DNA of 63,941 nucleotides, the filler included, from Octopus bimaculoides (lineage: Eukaryota): the NCBI RefSeq assembly GCF_001194135.2. It is 5 parts of 5 records of this genome, joined end to end, with 100 filler letters (N's around TTAATTAATTAA, not from the genome) between each part and the next. Parts side by side here need not be neighbours in the genome. Positions count along the whole stretch, not along the records: positions 31,534 to 60,164 come from NC_068981.1; 4 more parts are not named here. One strand, given 5' to 3'. The translations under genes were made by a program, and so were the position numbers. The notes under the pieces were generated by a model. It was not told where the DNA came from and ran no database searches. It saw only the letters and a list, made by a program, of their open reading frames with translations. Of this stretch, positions 38,021 through 51,565 are shown piece by piece; within the stretch, counting starts at the first letter, position 1; the number at the start of each line of letters is the position of its first letter.

Positions 38021-38220
38021 CTTTAGAAAAAAAACATAACAAAAAATGCAACAACAAACAACAGCATAAAAGAACGGAATGGTAATTGCAGGCAAGATTT
38101 TGATCAGGATTTGTCTCATTCAATGTTGACTTGGCATTAGAAAGCAACAGAGTAAACACACAATCACTCACAGGACGCAACAGATACGCACATCCTTACA
38201 CACATGGCACGCATACGCAA

Positions 38221-38262
<42 letters not shown>

Positions 38263-38869
38263 AGATCACAGAACACGCTCATGCATACACACACACACAC
38301 ACACACGTGTACACACACACATGTGTACACACTCATGTGTACACACACGTATCACAGCACACACACACACACATACACACAACCATACACACTCAGTGCA
38401 CTGTACATACACACACACAAACACAAATATTAGGTTGTTCAGAAAATAATGATCGATTTCAGAAACAATTTTATTCTGGAAAAATTAACAATAGCAATGT
38501 TTCGATTAGTCCACGTATGAACCGTGAACATCTCTGCCTCTCTGCCATCGACCAACGAGATTATTTATGCTTTGTCGATAAAAACCTATTGGCTTTGATG
38601 CTAAGAAATCTTTGAAAGTTGATTCCACCTTTGGTTTTATCACTTAAAAACGTGTTTAAATGCTTTAAAAATGGTTGGCAATGGGTGAAAGATTAAGAGA
38701 ATATGGAGGACCACAATATACAGAATATTAAAACTTTTTTTATACAATTCTTAATAATGTTTAATTATAAAGTACAGTAGAAAGTTGTTGTTTTCTTATA
38801 TAAACATCGAATGGTTATATAGGTCCAGTAGTGTAAAATAGGAATCAAAAGGGTCCTTAAATCTGTGAG

Positions 38870-39770
38870 TTTTTGCAGGGTCATTTTAGTAACATTGTGA
38901 CTTGGCATTATCGTGGAGCAGAATTGGGCCACGCCGATTCACCAATGCTGGTCTCATTTTTTGCAAGTGAGCATGAATTTCAGCGACTTGATTGCAGTTA
39001 AACCTCTGCTGTAATGCTCTGACTGGCTTTCAGATAGCTGTAATGGACAACATCAATTGCAGACTATCAGACAATCACCATAACCTTTTGCTGACACAAC
39101 TTTGGCTTTGAGAAATGTTTGGGGGACTCATCACGATTAAGTCACAGACCCAATCGTTTACGGTTATCATAAAGGATCCATTTTTCGTCACAAGTGATAA
39201 TTCGATCAAGAAAAGCATCATTGGTGTTTCGTAGAAAGAGCATCGAGCACACCTCAAAACGCCGAAATTTTTGATTTTCATTGAGCTCATGCAGTACCCA
39301 TTTATCGAGCTTTTTCACCTTACCAGTCTTTTGCAGATTGCGTGAGACCGTTGCAATACCGACATCAAGTGCCTAAGACATTTCTCTGACACTTTGACGT
39401 GGGTTTTGTTCAACAATTGCTTTCAATTGTTCATTGTTAAGACTGCATGATCGTCCTCTACCTTCTTAATCTTCAAGGCTCTCATCAGCACTACGGAATT
39501 TCTGAAACCACCTTCATACTGTGCGATCACTTGTGCACCCCTCTCCCCATGCTCTGTTGATATTGGCAGCAGTTTGGGAGGCATGTGCCGTGCCCAAGTT
39601 TGAACTCATGCAAGAGAAATAAGTAAAAGTCCTTTTTTTGTAATGTTCATAATTAAGGGCGCTTATGCTTCAAGAATGTTTTCTGTCTGAAATAAGTAGA
39701 AAATTATTAAAGAGCATACATCAATTATTAAGTATGTTGAAATTCACCTAAAATATAATTAAAATACTAT
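38870..39770 (-). mobile_element. Mariner transposase pseudogene (5' part)
   Basis: Minus: WVLHELNENQKFRRFEVCSML..FLDRIITCDEKWILYDNRKR..SPKHFSKPKL..KVMVIVW, i.e. WVPHEL and first DDD aspartate motifs. Confidence 0.92.
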
Positions 39771-40116
39771 GATGAAATTGCGTTTCAAAACACAACACTT
39801 AGAGCGGTCATTATTTTTGGAACAACCTAATACTTACACACAAGGCACAATATATACACTGCTTGGGGTGTTAGTCAGTGATGAAGAGCTTCTATGTGGT
39901 CCTATGGCCTCTGCAGCAGGCCTCACACCATACTCTATCATCATATGCTATCATCTTAAACACAGATATATTGGATATATCAGATATGTAGTGCCTGATA
40001 CACAAAAAAGTGAAATTGTCACTTTGATCATGCATCTACTCAGGTCTAACCAAGTGTTCAATAAAGAAAAAAAAGCAGTTATCCACTCATCTGTCGCTTT
40101 GTCAGTTTAACGAGTA

Positions 40117-40184
<68 letters not shown>

Positions 40185-40192
40185 GTCTATCA

Positions 40193-40255
<63 letters not shown>

Positions 40256-41044
40256 CGTCCGGGACAAAATGGGCAAAGTGGGTTAAACACTTTGAGTCAG
40301 AAATCTGTTCAATAAGGGCTGGCCTAGAGCTAAACAACAACAAAAAGAGCCCTTTATTGTTGCTAGACCTGTTAGATAAAGTAGTGAAATCTCTCAAATC
40401 ACACCACACTGGGTTTTTTTAAAGGACAATGTAGTCTTACATATATAAGAAGGAGGAATAGACACCTCTGAATCAGGACTGAGCTGGGGCTAAAAAACAG
40501 AAACAACAATAACATCATCCAGAACTATACGAATGTAACATAAGCCAGGAATCAGAAAGGTAAAACTATATTGTTTGCCAACGTCACCATGAATTTGGTT
40601 TTTCAGTATTATGATTGTTTAGCCTCAAGTTAATCCCAATCGAGCAATCCTACAATAAAAAGCATGCTAGCGTTGATTATTCCCGTCTTTTGGTGAGTAC
40701 GTAGGAGTACATTGACTAAAGTAGCGTTTAGCTAACCTTTGTTAGTCCAGCATTTCCTTGATGACAAGTCGAATCGGCAACTACACCATAAATCTTTCGT
40801 AGTGATATCCAAAAGCAGATGAATTCTAATTTGAAACCTCAGCATGCCCTGAAAGGATTTTAAGCACCTCTGAGAAATAGTAATCTAATATATTCTAGCT
40901 TTCTGTAATGTGATAGTAAGGCGATTTGGAAGCTATTTATAGCAAGGCCAAACAACCTCATTGTGGCCCCTTCGGTAGTCCATACAACGCACAGATTGTG
41001 TACTTATTCAGCTCTTTATATCATTTCTATGATAACATCGTCGC

Positions 41045-41250
41045 ACAAGACCATAAATTTTGGTGGTAGCGGTTCGTCGGTTATATCGACCTAGCACTTG
41101 ATATATATCTAATTTTGTCGATCCCAGAAGGATGAAAGGCAAAATTGACATCGACAGGATTTGAACTTAGAATATACAGAATCAGAAAAAAATGACTGAA
41201 GGTATTTAGTTCGCCTCTCTAACGAAGTGGCAAATCCGCCATCTTAATCC
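41045..41250 (-). mobile_element. Old SINE family A copy
   Basis: GTCGATCCCAGAAGGATGAAAGGCAAAATTGAC..ATTTGAACTTAGAA. Confidence 0.75.
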
Positions 41251-43481
41251 ATCCATTCATCAATAGAGTTAAGCAACGTCAGACGAATTTTGGCTTTGGA
41301 ACTCACCAAAAGATACCTGGAGTGTTATTTTGGATATATCTCTATTTGGTGTTATTAAATGATGTGTTTAAATTTGAAGGTTGAGAAAATTTTAGAACTA
41401 GGCAAAATGGCGGATCCCTGTCATTCGACGATGAGAATTAAGGAGTTTGATTCTAATTACCTGCTCCTGAATTAACATGCAAGGGGCTGAGCATCCCACA
41501 AGCATGCGTACCCTTAATGTAATTATTCTCAGAATCAGCGTTATACTATGTGTGTAACAAGGTTGTATTTTTTGATTATAAGTATAATCTACCTGGCAGG
41601 ATTCTATACAGTTTCCATCTAATTTTATTTACAACACACCAGTCGACCCGAAGGTAGAGAAAATGACATTTGTCCAAAATGCCAGTCAAGTATGAACGAA
41701 TACAGGAGTACGTGGCTGCGAAGCGAACATCGTAACTCATACTGCCCCAACAGAATGAAGCTAAATTGACAAAACAGGAACATCATCTTTATATCATTTC
41801 AGCAGAGGAACTATAACATGCAGCATTATGAAGTTGTGCGCATAAAATCTCTTTAGTTTTGTTCTGCAATGAACTTGGAGAATATCCTCAGTAAATCTAT
41901 ACTGTTTAACCAAACACTTTGAAACATAGTCACCTGAAATGTATAATAATCGAGATTGGAATACCGCGGTTCCTCAGCATGGTCGCAATCCCAATAACTA
42001 CACATCGTAAAAGAATACAAATATATTCTCAAATACTGCACGAAAGATGTGTGATTCTCTTCCTTTTAATCAATAAAATTGTTTTTATCTAACTCGGACA
42101 CTGAAACGTGTCCGTTACTTTTACCACTTGACAAAAACTACTGCTATATTTTCATTATTGTCCAAGAATTTGAACTAGCAGCTATTCCTGGAATTATGTT
42201 AATTGTTTTCATTCAGATTCTAAATGTCCCTAAAGGGAATTTTTTGTCTTCTAACTGCAAGAATAATCTGTCTGAGAAAGATTTCGCACCTCACTATATT
42301 TACATACGTAAGACTACGCTGTATTTATATTTAACATTCAGAACGTACCCTGGGGTTATTATTGTTGATTACGAAATGTTACAGTTCTCCATCGTGAAGG
42401 CCGTTTACAACGCCCTCAATATCATTATAACAATACTGTGTAACGTCAAAATGTGACAAATCACTTTAGTGAATAGTGAGGTCACATGAGCAGGATTTAT
42501 AATCTTCCACCTTCAGGTTATTATAGACAAGCCGATTATGATACAAATTCAGTGAAATAATCTCGACTATAATGTACAGTTATGTGAGTATATAGGTAAT
42601 TGTGTGTGTGTGCGTGCGTGTGTGTGTGTGTGTGTGCGTAAGGGGGAAATTAATGTGTAGATGTATAGCTGTGTGGAATATAATGAATTTCTACATGTTG
42701 TTTGTTTCGCCTCAGATCAGCTCTGACTGAGCAGACCTATGATTGTGACAATACCCATCCTTTTGTATATCAAGATTTACATGGTTAAATAGGTACTTCT
42801 TTTAAAAAGTAGATAAAATTTGACTACAATTTCTAGCAAGTCATACGACTGCATTATAGATTCTTTCATTTGCTCGTGGTTCCATCATTGGTTGGTCGTG
42901 TCAGTTAAAACTTCTCACCAGTATTGTCTTCATATTCTCGTATAGAATAATGCTTTGTTTTTGACCCAGTTCTCTCTCTCACCTCTCTTGACCATTATTG
43001 TCATTAACGCAAATGATTTTTCTTCTCAATACGTGTATAATTTCAGCGGATCATATACATACAAAATATGAATGTATGAATATTTTAGCCCTTTCGTAGC
43101 CATGTTTCTAATAAAATATATTGTCTATAAGTTACAATATTTTTTAAAAAATAATCTGGAATTTGCAGGTATTTCAGAAAATATCTATCATTAAAGTTGG
43201 TGTTTTGAAACAACAAAATATTCTTCCAAAACACCATAACAGAAAGTTTAAGTTTAATCGTGAATTCTTTTGAAGAATTATGAAATTTCCCCCTAGCAAA
43301 CAAAAACATACATTGGTTTTATTTTTTGATTATTTTTGATGGGGTATCATCGTCTCTGATATGTTTGATAATATCATCGGTTCTTAATAATTAGCTCCTC
43401 GAAGAACTTGAAAGGGTGAAAGAAAGTGAAAGTTAGCCTGTGCAGGATTTGGACGTAGAATGCAAAAGGACAAAAGTCAAA

Positions 43482-43541
<60 letters not shown>

Positions 43542-43703
43542 NNNNNNNNNNNNNNNNNNNNNNNNNNNNNNNNNNNNNNNNNNNNNNNNNNNNNNNNNNN
43601 NNNNNNNNNNNNNNNNNNNNNNNNNNNNNNNNNNNNNNNNNNNNNNNNNNNNNNNNNNNNNNNNNNNNNNNNNNNNNNNNNNNNNNNNNNNNNNNNNNNN
43701 NNN

Positions 43704-43740
<37 letters not shown>

Positions 43741-43759
43741 CATACATAGATACATACAT

Positions 43760-45010
43760 GTACAAATTCGCAAGCTGTTCAATGTTACAGGAAACTTGAA
43801 CATCACTGGAGATGTAGACGGGCTAAACTTCCCGCGCAAAGATGGTAGCCATGGCCTTAAATTTGTATTGATGTCATATGATGCACATATTTTGACACTG
43901 AAGTATTAGCTGCAGAAGAGGAAAAAGGGAAGTAACTATATTGCACAAGTTTGTGAGCCAGTAACTATATTGCACAAGATAACTCATTAACATGAAGAAA
44001 GGCTTGAAATAAGAGCTAATCTAGATTCCGTATCAGTAGAACAAAAAAAAAAAAGTTCACCGAAAAGGTAGTGAACGAGTACTTGGCACGAAAGATGCTA
44101 GTCACAGGGAGAATAATCGCATCGAATGGTTGACATGGAGTACAGACAAGTTTATGACATTCCACTTTGAAGGCTACCTCCATGCAAATGAAGGAGAAAT
44201 CCCACCCATTAATTGCAGAATAAAAAGTAGAAAACATTTACAGACAACAAATGTAAGCTGTGCAAAACTAAGACTGAAGACATGAACCACATTATTTCCA
44301 AGTGCGAGAGAATGTCTTCTGGATATTATCTTCTCCTGAGGCATGATGCAGTGGCTAAAGCAGGCTGTAACAGGATGAAAAGAAAACAACAACAAACGAA
44401 GTTGACTATATTGAGACCAACCGGTCAAAAGAATCCGGCCGGTTTTGTTTTAACAGCAAGTTAAAACTGGTCAGATATCGTTATATGGGACCACAAAAAA
44501 AAAAAAAAAAAAAAATTTGTATTGTCTTCTTTTTTCTCACCCTCTTCCAGACTGTTCTGGAACAGAATGAGAGGAAAAAAAGCCAGAAAACAGATGAGTC
44601 AAAAGAATATTGGTAGAAGTTAAAAGTAAAAACAGCCTTTTCGTTAAAACACAACCGACCAGTTATTGTTGTGGGACCACGCTAAAAAATATGCTCTGTT
44701 GCGGAAATCAGCAGCTCCCTGGACATCTATGTAGTCAGAAAAATAGAGGAGAAAGGAAAAATCTAAGGACAGTTGATAAAGGATCTTCAAATCCAGTTTT
44801 CAAGATGAACTTTCAATTTGACACCTACTATTATTAGAGCAACAGGATACATACCCATCCACCTGGAGTAAAGCATGGCTGAAGTTGGGTTTGGGGGGAG
44901 AGAATGCAATTCCTTAATCCAGACACTAAAAGTGATCATGATTACTGGGATAATGAAAATCTGCAAGACCTTCTTAAGATTTAAAGGATGATGAACAAAA
45001 CAAGGTGTTT
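43760..45010 (+). mobile_element. R4/Dong-type LINE remnant (RT thumb, CCHC knuckle, RHD, RLE)
   Basis: IRKLFNVTGN..DVDGLNFPRKDGSHGL; DNKCKLCKTKTEDMNHIISKC..LRHDAVAK; HNRP..; IIRATGYIP. Confidence 0.85.
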
Positions 45011-45604
45011 TCCTCTACACTTTACTACCAAGCAGGCTTCTGGTCAAGATTAACCCTAAATTAAAAGGAAAAAAAAAAGCATATATGTATGTATGTATGT
45101 ATAGCCAAAGAGTTTCCGTACAGTTTCTGTCTACCAAATTTCAGTACCAAGACTTGTTCGACCAGATGTTAAGGTAGAAAATACTTTGCCAAGATTCCAC
45201 ACGGTGGGATCGAACCCGTATGTATATTCTCATTACAATTCAACAGTGTTATCATTCAAGAAAAAAAAAAAAGACTTGAGGTACGTGTATGATGAATACC
45301 CTGATACAGTTGAAATAGCTACAATGTAACTGTTGATATCCTATTCCTGCTTTACCCTGGGTTGTAGCTGTGAAGCTCCTTACAAGAGGAATTTGCTAAT
45401 ATCAACATTAATCTATTGCAATGGTTTGCTATGGTGTGTCAGGGTGTACTGTTCCTCTACAAGGGATATCTATGTGTATCTTGGGTTTTTATAAATACAA
45501 TTTACCAGAATGAGGCGAGTGAGTGCAGCTGTTCGGATGCTGACGATTTGGCACGGCTGGTTGGACATTTAGCCTATTTTTGCGACAGAACTTTTTGATA
45601 CTAG

Positions 45605-45639
<35 letters not shown>

Positions 45640-46072
45640 NNNNNNNNNNNNNNNNNNNNNNNNNNNNNNNNNNNNNNNNNNNNNNNNNNNNNNNNNNNNN
45701 NNNNNNNNNNNNNNNNNNNNNNNNNNNNNNNNNNNNNNNNNNNNNNNNNNNNNNNNNNNNNNNNNNNNNNNNNNNNNNNNNNNNNNNNNNNNNNNNNNNN
45801 NNNNNNNNNNNNNNNNNNNNNNNNNNNNNNNNNNNNNNNNNNNNNNNNNNNNAATTTTTCCTTCTTATTTTTATGTTAAGAGCATTTAATTCTCCATGTG
45901 AAGTACACCAAATTTTTCTATTTAATCTCCAGTGTTCCAAGAAGTTAAAAAGACTGAGAACCACTGGCCTAAAGTAGGTAATCCCTGTGGTTGTGTGTAA
46001 GACGTGACATTCCCTCCATCTCATTGAACTCTGAATATTCCTAGCAATACAAAGTGGAATGTTGGGGGAAGA

Positions 46073-46283
46073 TACAAGGGGATGTTGAAAAGTTTCTGGC
46101 TTTGGGTAAGAGGAAATAGAGGAAAATCAGTTTAATTATGATTTTATTCAACATATTTCCCTCTCAAATTCACACACTTATTGCAGCAGTCCTTCAGGTT
46201 TTCTACGAACTCGGAAGGCTGGGCCTCCAACCAGGCTCTTCGCGCTACCCTTAAAGCCTGGAACTTTTCAGTACCCTCTCGTA
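46073..46283. mobile_element. Mariner-type MITE with TA target duplication
   Basis: TA-CAAGGGGATGTTGAAAAGTTTCTGGCT ... AGCCTGGAACTTTTCAGTACCCTCTCG-TA. Confidence 0.85.
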
Positions 46284-47772
46284 TATCTCAAATTCTCTAA
46301 ACTTCCAGTTATTTAAGAATATGTAAGGGTTTGTATTGCGAATTACCCCAGTGACTGTCATTTTAAAATGTACAGAGAAAAGTATTCAAAACCTTCACAG
46401 TCAAAGTAGTCATTCCATATTGAGGCAATTCGTAACGCAGGAACAGTTAGTTTTCCTTTTTTTAAATTTCTACCTTTTATTCTTAAACTCTTGATGAAAA
46501 CCAGCATAAGATTCTTATTTAGGACTTAAAGCGAGTCTCTAACTTACTGGTTTGTGGTGTGACACAGCTTAAACACTTCGTTTCCATGTAGTGTGGGTGA
46601 CAAATGAACATGGCAAAGTTTATCACTTTCCAAGCCATAACCCTGAAATGATGTTTGCTTAGCGTTGTAAACGAACTAAAAATTTACCAGTCATATCCCG
46701 ATATTTACAAATTGAGCAGCACTTTCTCGCGGTACTTATTTACAGTTCAGAAATAAAGTCAGCAAAAATGAATTATTCTGAGCATGGATCCTACGAGTTC
46801 TTGATTCTTTGGTCAGTAAACACGTACTATTATCATCTCAACCATTAAACTTTCGAGTTATAGATCAATGAAATCTTTAATTCTCATTCGCCAAATAAAA
46901 TGAACTTATTGAACAGACAAAAAGCATAAACATGCTTTTGATTACAGGAAGTGATTACTTGTGGTAAAATTAATTAGTGCCATCGTCTGCTCACCTGCAT
47001 TGTTTGTCCAAAATAAATTGCAACTGTCATTTTATTCTGTTGATTCATTTCAGTTTGTTTTTTTACCAACACAACAGTACAGTCAATATGTATGACAAAC
47101 ATTGTTTTGTCTCTTAAAGATTCCTGTGATGACATCAGACCGGAAATCGAAGCTATATTTTAAAACACTGTTTCCACCATCTCCACTTAAAGTTGGCTCT
47201 CTACTCGTTCAACATTTACAAACATTTAGATTTCTACTTTCACATAAAACTTGGCGACTTCTTTTCTCTGAACCATTGCTGTTTAGATACGCCATACCAG
47301 TTTTATTGAAATCTACCTTTTTCAAATAGAATCCTGCTATATTTCCCTGATTCCCCTCTCCACAGATGTTTACATAAATGAAGGAGTGTAGCAGGGTGGT
47401 GGTGAGTAGAGAAGAAAGCTTCTATGTTTACATAACAAGGGCAGCAAAGGGCAGGAGAAGAGAAAGCCAAGAGGACGAGAATTTTGACCTTAATGTTCTC
47501 CTAAGAGGATTATTGTTTTAACTGTCAAGGTAGGACTTCAAATATTGACATAATGAAAAAGAAAAGAGGAAAGAAAGAGTAATGTAAAGTAGAAAGAGGT
47601 TAGACAAAAGAAAGATAACAAAAAGAACGAAGAAGAAAGTAACAGAGCGAGAAACACACAGACAGACACAAGCAAATATGAAAATCACATACAGATAATG
47701 CAACATCTATTGTAGTCGGTGCATTAAATTTTCTGTTGTCTAAATAGCAACGTTACCTGTTTCACCACTTTC

Positions 47773-48720
47773 AGTGCTACTGGTTTAATGACAGTATGAT
47801 TAGCTGCACATTCTACAGTACAGTTGTATTAGGTCAGTTAATATGTTGCATGTTGCATCTTCAGCAGTAGTGGTGAGTCAATGATAATGTGATTTATTGC
47901 GCCTTCTGTTCTCAAGCAGTGTTGACTGAGTTTGGCTAGTTTTAACTTCTACATAGGCTTAGTTGTTGTATGAGTTACTGCACCTTTTGAACTGCGGTAC
48001 TGTCGGTTTCATGACAATATATACACCAAATCCTTTTGCATTGCAGTAATATCGGCTCCATGACAATATGGCTCGTTGCACCTTCTTTACTGCTTTAGTG
48101 TGAGTTTACCGAGAATGTGACCGGTTGCACTTCCAAAATTAAATTCGTGTCGGCTCCATGACATTCTGGCTTGCTGCATCAGCTATACTACATTGGTGTC
48201 AGTTTAATGAGTATATAACAAGCAAGCTGCCCTTTCTGCAATACATTAGTGTCAGCTCCATGACGATGTGATTAGCTGCACTTTTTGTTGTAATTTTATT
48301 GATAGTGTGACTATCTGCTTCTTCTGCAATACAGTAATGTCGGATCCATGACAACGTGGTTAACTGCACATTTTGCATGCACAGTAGTATTTACTCGTTT
48401 GCTGCACTGTCTATGCTGCAATAACTTTACAATCAATTATATTTGCTACACTTGACTGGAGCTCACTTTATGGCTGCTTGGTTTAGGTGCACCTTTTGCG
48501 TTTTAACAATGTTGACTCACTAAGTTTGAGGAAGAAGGCATCGACTGCGCTGCCGCAGGATTGATGCATTGATAGTGTAGCAAACTGCACCTTCTGTATC
48601 ACCTTAGTAAAGAGCCTAGTTCTACTTTCTGCATTGAATCAGAATTGACTAAAGGACAGTGAAGTGTTCTGCACCTGCTGGACTGCAGACATATTGACAC
48701 TAGACTGCATGTTGCAGGAC
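47773..48720. repeat. Diverged 49-bp minisatellite array
   Basis: Unit starts at 48001, 48050, 48099, 48148, 48197, 48250, 48338; motif TGTC.G(C/T)T..ATGAC...GCTGCAC. Confidence 0.8.
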
Positions 48721-48940
48721 AGGTAGTATGTCAGTATGATCGCATCAGTACGTTTATGTTTTTATAGCACTTGGGTAGTTTCTGTGTGTGTGTGTGTGTG
48801 TGTATGTGTGCGTGTGTGCGTGCGCGCACGCGCACGTGTCTGACTCAATGAAAAATATATATATATATAGGTACGTATATTTGAGTGTTTGTATGAGTTT
48901 GTGTTTACACACCCATACACACACGTGCACACACTGTCAA

Positions 48941-48990
<50 letters not shown>

Positions 48991-49233
48991 GCACACACAC
49001 ACACACTGTCTCTCTCTCTCTCTCAGCACACACACATACACACNNNNNNNNNNNNNNNNNNNNNNNNNNNNNNNNNNNNNNNNNNNNNNNNNNNNNNNNN
49101 NNNNNNNNNNNNNNNNNNNNNNNNNNNNNNNNNNNNNNNNNNNNNNNNNNNNNNNNNNNNNNNNNNNNNNNNNNNNNNNNNNNNNNNNNNNNNNNNNNNN
49201 NNNNNNNNNNNNNNNNNNNNNNNNNNNNNNNNN

Positions 49234-49295
<62 letters not shown>

Positions 49296-49518
49296 CACAC
49301 ACACCACACACACACACACAAATTCGTTTGAATTGATCCAGCGACCTGTTACTCTGGCGATACTTCGATGTTTTGACAGTTCTTTAGAGAGTCTATCCTT
49401 GTTCCAGAAACCCACAATATGTTGGAAAAACTCCAGGGTGACACGTTTGGATCAGTCAATAGTCAAAGTATGATGGCTAATTTCAGGGCAAATTATTTAT
49501 GAACTATGAATAGCTAAT

Positions 49519-50060
49519 AGCAACAACAATTGATGAGTTGGATTAATCTGCAATCGATGACTTAGAAATAACATTAATAATAAAAATAAATAAAAAATGT
49601 GCAGTCCTATAGCTACTGTGGTAATACATCCAAGTTATAATATGAGAAAGTATTTGGAAAATAGGGCCTGACTATATCTGTTACTTTACAGTTTTTCACT
49701 GGCAGAAGTCTTATATCAAGTTAGACAATTTATTGTGGCATTAGTAAATGATGTAGAATTTGATGTATTCGGAGAAGGTGATGTGACTGAATTATAAGAG
49801 TCCTATAAAGACAGATTGTCTCTTGACAAGTAAAAAGAGGATATAGATTTCCATTCCATTTGTGTTAAGCGGCAAGAAATGGCTATAGAAGAAGCACCAA
49901 CAATTGATGAGTTGGATTAATCTGCAATCGATGACTTAGAGATAACATTAATAAAAAAAATAAATAAAAAAATGTGTAGTCCTATAGCTACTGTCGTTAA
50001 TACACGCAAGTCATAATATGAGAAAGTATTTGGGAAAATAGGGCCTGACTATATCTGTTA
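49519..50060 (+). repeat. About 165-bp direct duplication (49519-49683 and 49893-50060)
   Basis: Direct reading; about 90% identity by eye. Confidence 0.9.
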
Positions 50061-50703
50061 GGTCTGCTGGCTTTCGCTGATAACAATCTCACAATCGTGA
50101 GATAACATAAATATTACAAGAAAAATTAATAAGGAGCACTCAGTTTCTACGCTGATCTCTACAAAGAAATGGCGTCCCGTGAATGTTAGACAATTTTAGA
50201 TAAGTTCTTAGTCACTACTGTAGATGATATAAAGGATGGAAGGTAGTACTTCTGTTCCTGTCGTTAATTCCCCTTGCATTACCTCATGTCATATGAATGT
50301 TAACATCTTTTTATGATGACTACGTACCCTGCAACAATATTACACACATTTTTATATATTTCCACTTGTATTTAACTTGAAATCTTTTTACGTATACATA
50401 CTATTCCGAGAGTGTTTAAAATCAGTTATTTTCATACATAAGATGGTTGTATTTGCTTTAAAAAAAATTCATTTTAGAATATATTTCAGTTTATATGGAA
50501 AACACGAGAAATAAAACAGATTTCGTGTCCCGGAATTCCGGGTAACGGCAAGATTTTCAGGAACGCGACGCTTTCATAATGCGAGGTATGTTTGCATAAG
50601 AAGAGGGAGAACGGGATAAGAAAGTGAAAGTGAGTGACTGAGTGAGTGAGTGTGTATGTGTGTGTGTGTGTGTGTGCATGTGTGTGCGTGTGCGTGTGTG
50701 TGG

Positions 50704-50742
<39 letters not shown>

Positions 50743-50920
50743 TGCGTATGTGTGAGTATGATGTGAGAGACAAATAGAGAAAGCTAATGAACGAATGTCT
50801 TTATGTATGAGATGGCATGTGTATTTGTATATCTGAATGTCTCTGTGTGTGTTAGAGAGTGAATGCGATTCTGTGTGTGTGTGTGCGTGTGTGTGAGTAC
50901 GCGTGCATGTGTATGTGTAT

Positions 50921-50956
<36 letters not shown>

Positions 50957-51404
50957 GAAAAGACAGACAGAGACAGAGACGAAGAAAGAGAGCAAGTGTT
51001 TGGGATGACGTGTAAGTAGACACTTTAAAGTTTTGAAGAGAAGATTGTCAGATCTAATGGGATACATTTGTCTACAAGTGTGCATAGTGTTATTATTTTT
51101 GGTGTGTATGTGTGTATGTGTGCGTGCGTGTGTGTGTGTGCCTGTGTGTGTGTGTGTGTGTGTGTACATACTATTCAGTATGTTGGACTTTTACTAGAGC
51201 TAATTCGCTGTAGTTAGAACTCAAGATCATTTCCTCTACTATTTTGAAACTATGTTTTGGCGTTTGTTATATTTGAATAGTATTTTCATGGCTGTTGCAA
51301 TGATTACTAATGCAGCAGACAATGTAACTCGGTGATTGTTGTTTAGTCCCAGGTTAGCCTTTATCGAGCCGACCTATAATAGTTTCAAATTTTGTCACAA
51401 GGCA

Positions 51405-51565
51405 ACCTATTCTGGGTAAATGGGTAAGTTGATTACATTGACCCCCAGAAAGAATGAAGGGCAAAGTCGATCTCGGCGGTATTTGAACACACAACGTGAA
51501 GACGAACAAAATGCCGCTAAGCATTTTGCTTGGCGTGTTAAAGATTCTTCCAGCTTGCCGCCTAT
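51405..51565 (-). mobile_element. SINE family A
   Basis: Reverse complement of the consensus. Confidence 0.85.

Noticed and set aside
42079-42456. 125-aa ORF in unique DNA, and similar 60-120-aa ORFs at 43085 and 47102
   Set aside because: No recognisable motif, non-ATG start or AT-rich composition, no convincing splice context; compatible with chance
48001-48390. Ankyrin-like HGADTN/HGADIT/HGSDIT peptides about every 98 bp on the minus strand; also a CRISPR-like look
   Set aside because: Unit is 49 bp (98-bp dimer), not a multiple of 3, and frames contain stops; spacers are homologous to each other, there are no cas genes and the context is eukaryotic
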